Shown here one piece after another: positions 61,786-64,000 of a stretch of 64,000 bases of DNA. The position numbers and the translations under genes are program-made. Position 1 is the stretch's first letter, and the number at the start of each line of letters is the position of its first letter. Origin of the DNA: Podarcis erhardii (lineage: Eukaryota); assembly GCA_964252035.1 (NCBI GenBank), contig OZ176210.1; one strand, given 5' to 3'. The notes beneath the pieces are model-generated. The model did no database searches and was not told the origin of the DNA. It worked only from the letters and a program-made list of their open reading frames with translations.

Positions 61786-62098
61786 CAGTGGTGCCCCGCA
61801 AGACGAATGCCTCGTAAGACGAAAAACCCGCTAGACGAAAGGGTTTTCCGTTTTTCGAGGCGCTTCGCAAGACAAATTTCCCTATGGGCTTGCTTCGCAA
61901 GATGAAAACGTCTTGCGAGTCTTTTCGCTCCCCCCTTTTTCTAAGCCGCTAAGCTTAGCCGCTAAGCCTTTAATAGCCGCTAATCCGCTAAGCCACTAAT
62001 AGCGCTAATCCGCTAATAGGGATGCTTCGCAAGACGAAAAAACCGCAAGACAAAGAGACTCGCGGAACGAATTATTTTCGTCTTGCGAGGCACCACTG
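61786..62098. mobile_element. Tc1/mariner (Tigger-like) MITE, copy B
   Basis: TA|CAGTGGTGCCCCGC...GCGAGGCACCACTG|TA; same family as 23743-23995, with an internal CCGCTAA array. Confidence 0.9.
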
Positions 62099-62758
62099 TA
62101 TTGTCTGAAGCTAAAATGTGACAACTTACTCTAATGGAGAGGCAGAGAAAAAACATTGAAATGTTGCATTTTTAGCCCTATGAAAATTGTCCCATCAACT
62201 GGGGTTTGACAGATTTGCTGCAGCAAATTAGAATGGTGAGATTTATGGGTGCATTTTTTAAAAAGGCAAGTGAGATAAAGCTTAAAAACTTTGGCCATTT
62301 TTTTCCTGTTTAACTATTAATATCTAAAACAGCCCCCAATATCAATTATATGTATATCAACTATTTACCTATATAAGTTACTTTCTGTTCTCCAGCATAT
62401 TCTAGTTTAGCCAATAAATGAAACGAGGTCACAAATATATAGATGAAGGCTGGGGGCTATGAAGACAAAGGCCAGCTCAATTGTTTTCATTTTCAGACAC
62501 TTAATATCATGGAGCACACATCACTGAGACAAAGATAGCCCTCATTGCAAAGGCGTCCAACCATATCCTCCTTTAATTTTCCCCAATGTACATGAATGAT
62601 TTGCTCCTATAGATAAAAGTGCAGTACTTCATTTTAAAATGTAACATCAAAACATTACTAAAAGCAGAGTTTTTAAAGTATCTACTATAAGAGCAAGGAA
62701 ATGCATACAAGTAGTAGCATATGCAACAAAATATAACAACCACCAACATCAAACTCAC

Positions 62759-62825
62759 CTCATGTGTACAACCTTCAACAGTTTCAACTGCTTGTACCTT
62801 TATTTTTGGCATCAGGTCTGCCAAA
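62759..62825 (-). CDS. MTREX: MTREX exon 3 (most 5' exon in the window)
   Basis: ctttcag|T TTG GCA...GAG|gtgagt; 67 nt; LADLMPKIKVQAVETVEGCTHE; exons 1-2 not found before position 64000. Confidence 0.94.
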
Positions 62826-64000
62826 CTGAAAGGAAAAGTGCAAATTAATACTACCAATCATTAAACAAATACCCCATACATTTATGAAGGTTGTTGGTTT
62901 AAGTAATTATCATGATATCCTAACTAAGGACTATGAAAAAACAATGCTTGTCAATCCCTTAGCTAGTACAATCATTATTACACATTTCCCACAATATGCC
63001 AATTCCAGAGCTAGCTTAAAAAACTGCAAGACAATTTGCTACTCATCTTGTCACCTGGGGCAAGTAATGAATGCTCCAGGCTCAAAGCACCATAAAAAAC
63101 TGTGCTACACGACTGCATGTTCTCTGCTCTTCCCATCCCCCACTATCATCATAGTAGTATCCCAGTTATCTGCCCTAGCCTTTTAAAGATGGATAAACAT
63201 TTGTTAATTATTCCAATGTACACCCTGACCCTCAAGCATTTTATCAGAGAGGCTAATCACATTTTAAGAACATTTAAACTTAAACAGTAAATCTTTAAAA
63301 GCAGCAAGATCAAAATGTTCAGAATAAAGCAAACTAATCATCCTGGTCTTCAAGGAAACAACAGTATGGAGTCTTACTCACTTTCCCCTCATCTTTAAAG
63401 GACTGGGGTAACAGTCTATGATATTTCCATAGCAAAGAAGAGAAGTGGGCAGATGCCCATGCAATAATTATTCATAGGGCTAATGTTAGGAGACTGGAAA
63501 TTTAGTTGTGGTAAAGACTGAACTATAAGTAGCTTGTCTGCTTTAGATCAGCCAGGAGAGGAGAACTCCCTTCAAACATTTATTAGCACAACTGATTCAA
63601 AATTAGGAGGCTACATCATATATTCATTTACTTAGTTCAAATTTATCAGAAAACAATTATACTTATTTGGCATTTAAGGAAAAAAATTGATATGTTTGAG
63701 TATCAGCAACAAATACTAATTCATGAGTACCTAGCCAAAATATTAAACAAAGACAAAAGAAGCCTCAACCAGAGAACTTGTGCCATCACAAGTTTGCAAG
63801 AAAGGTGATTATATAAATGCAAGAGATAAAAACTCAATTTGTTAGTCAACAAAACACAACAGAAAAAGTATATCCCAGCACTCAACAGAAGCAGTTTCAA
63901 CTCCAAAGTCCTAAAATTCCACGCTGTGTCTTTCCTTTAGATTAAGCAAGAGGACAAGTATTCATGGCACAAAGTTTTCAAACATGCTTTCCTTCATATG

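Noticed and set aside
61941-62018. CRISPR-like array
   Set aside because: Units are 7-11 bp with no unique spacers, inside a eukaryotic MITE; there is no CRISPR or other prokaryotic system in the window.

Overview
This is AT-rich vertebrate genomic DNA, most likely a lacertid lizard, inferred from its CORE-type and tRNA-Ile SINEs, young L2 LINE ends and hAT/Tc-mariner MITEs. It contains two convergent protein-coding genes. On the + strand are the last three coding exons of PLPP1/PPAP2A (7356-7413, 24349-24525, 25803-25934); the earlier exons lie upstream of the window. On the - strand are 25 consecutive coding exons of MTREX/SKIV2L2/MTR4 (exons 3-27 by human numbering, 62825 down to 26369). 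All MTREX introns are GT-AG and phases are consistent, giving 2857 nt of CDS; exons 1-2 lie beyond the window end. The two stop codons are only 434 bp apart. The rest is intron with many transposon fragments and microsatellites. I found no prokaryote-type system and no convincing new protein-coding gene. The best leads are at the RNA level: (1) the shared 3' end zone, with a palindromic bidirectional poly(A) signal and a 23-bp hairpin directly behind a MTREX-sense AATAAA that would make MTREX antisense to the last PLPP1 coding exon; (2) candidate poison or alternative exons in both genes; (3) structure-conserved L2/SINE 3' tails. All of these are inferences from sequence alone.
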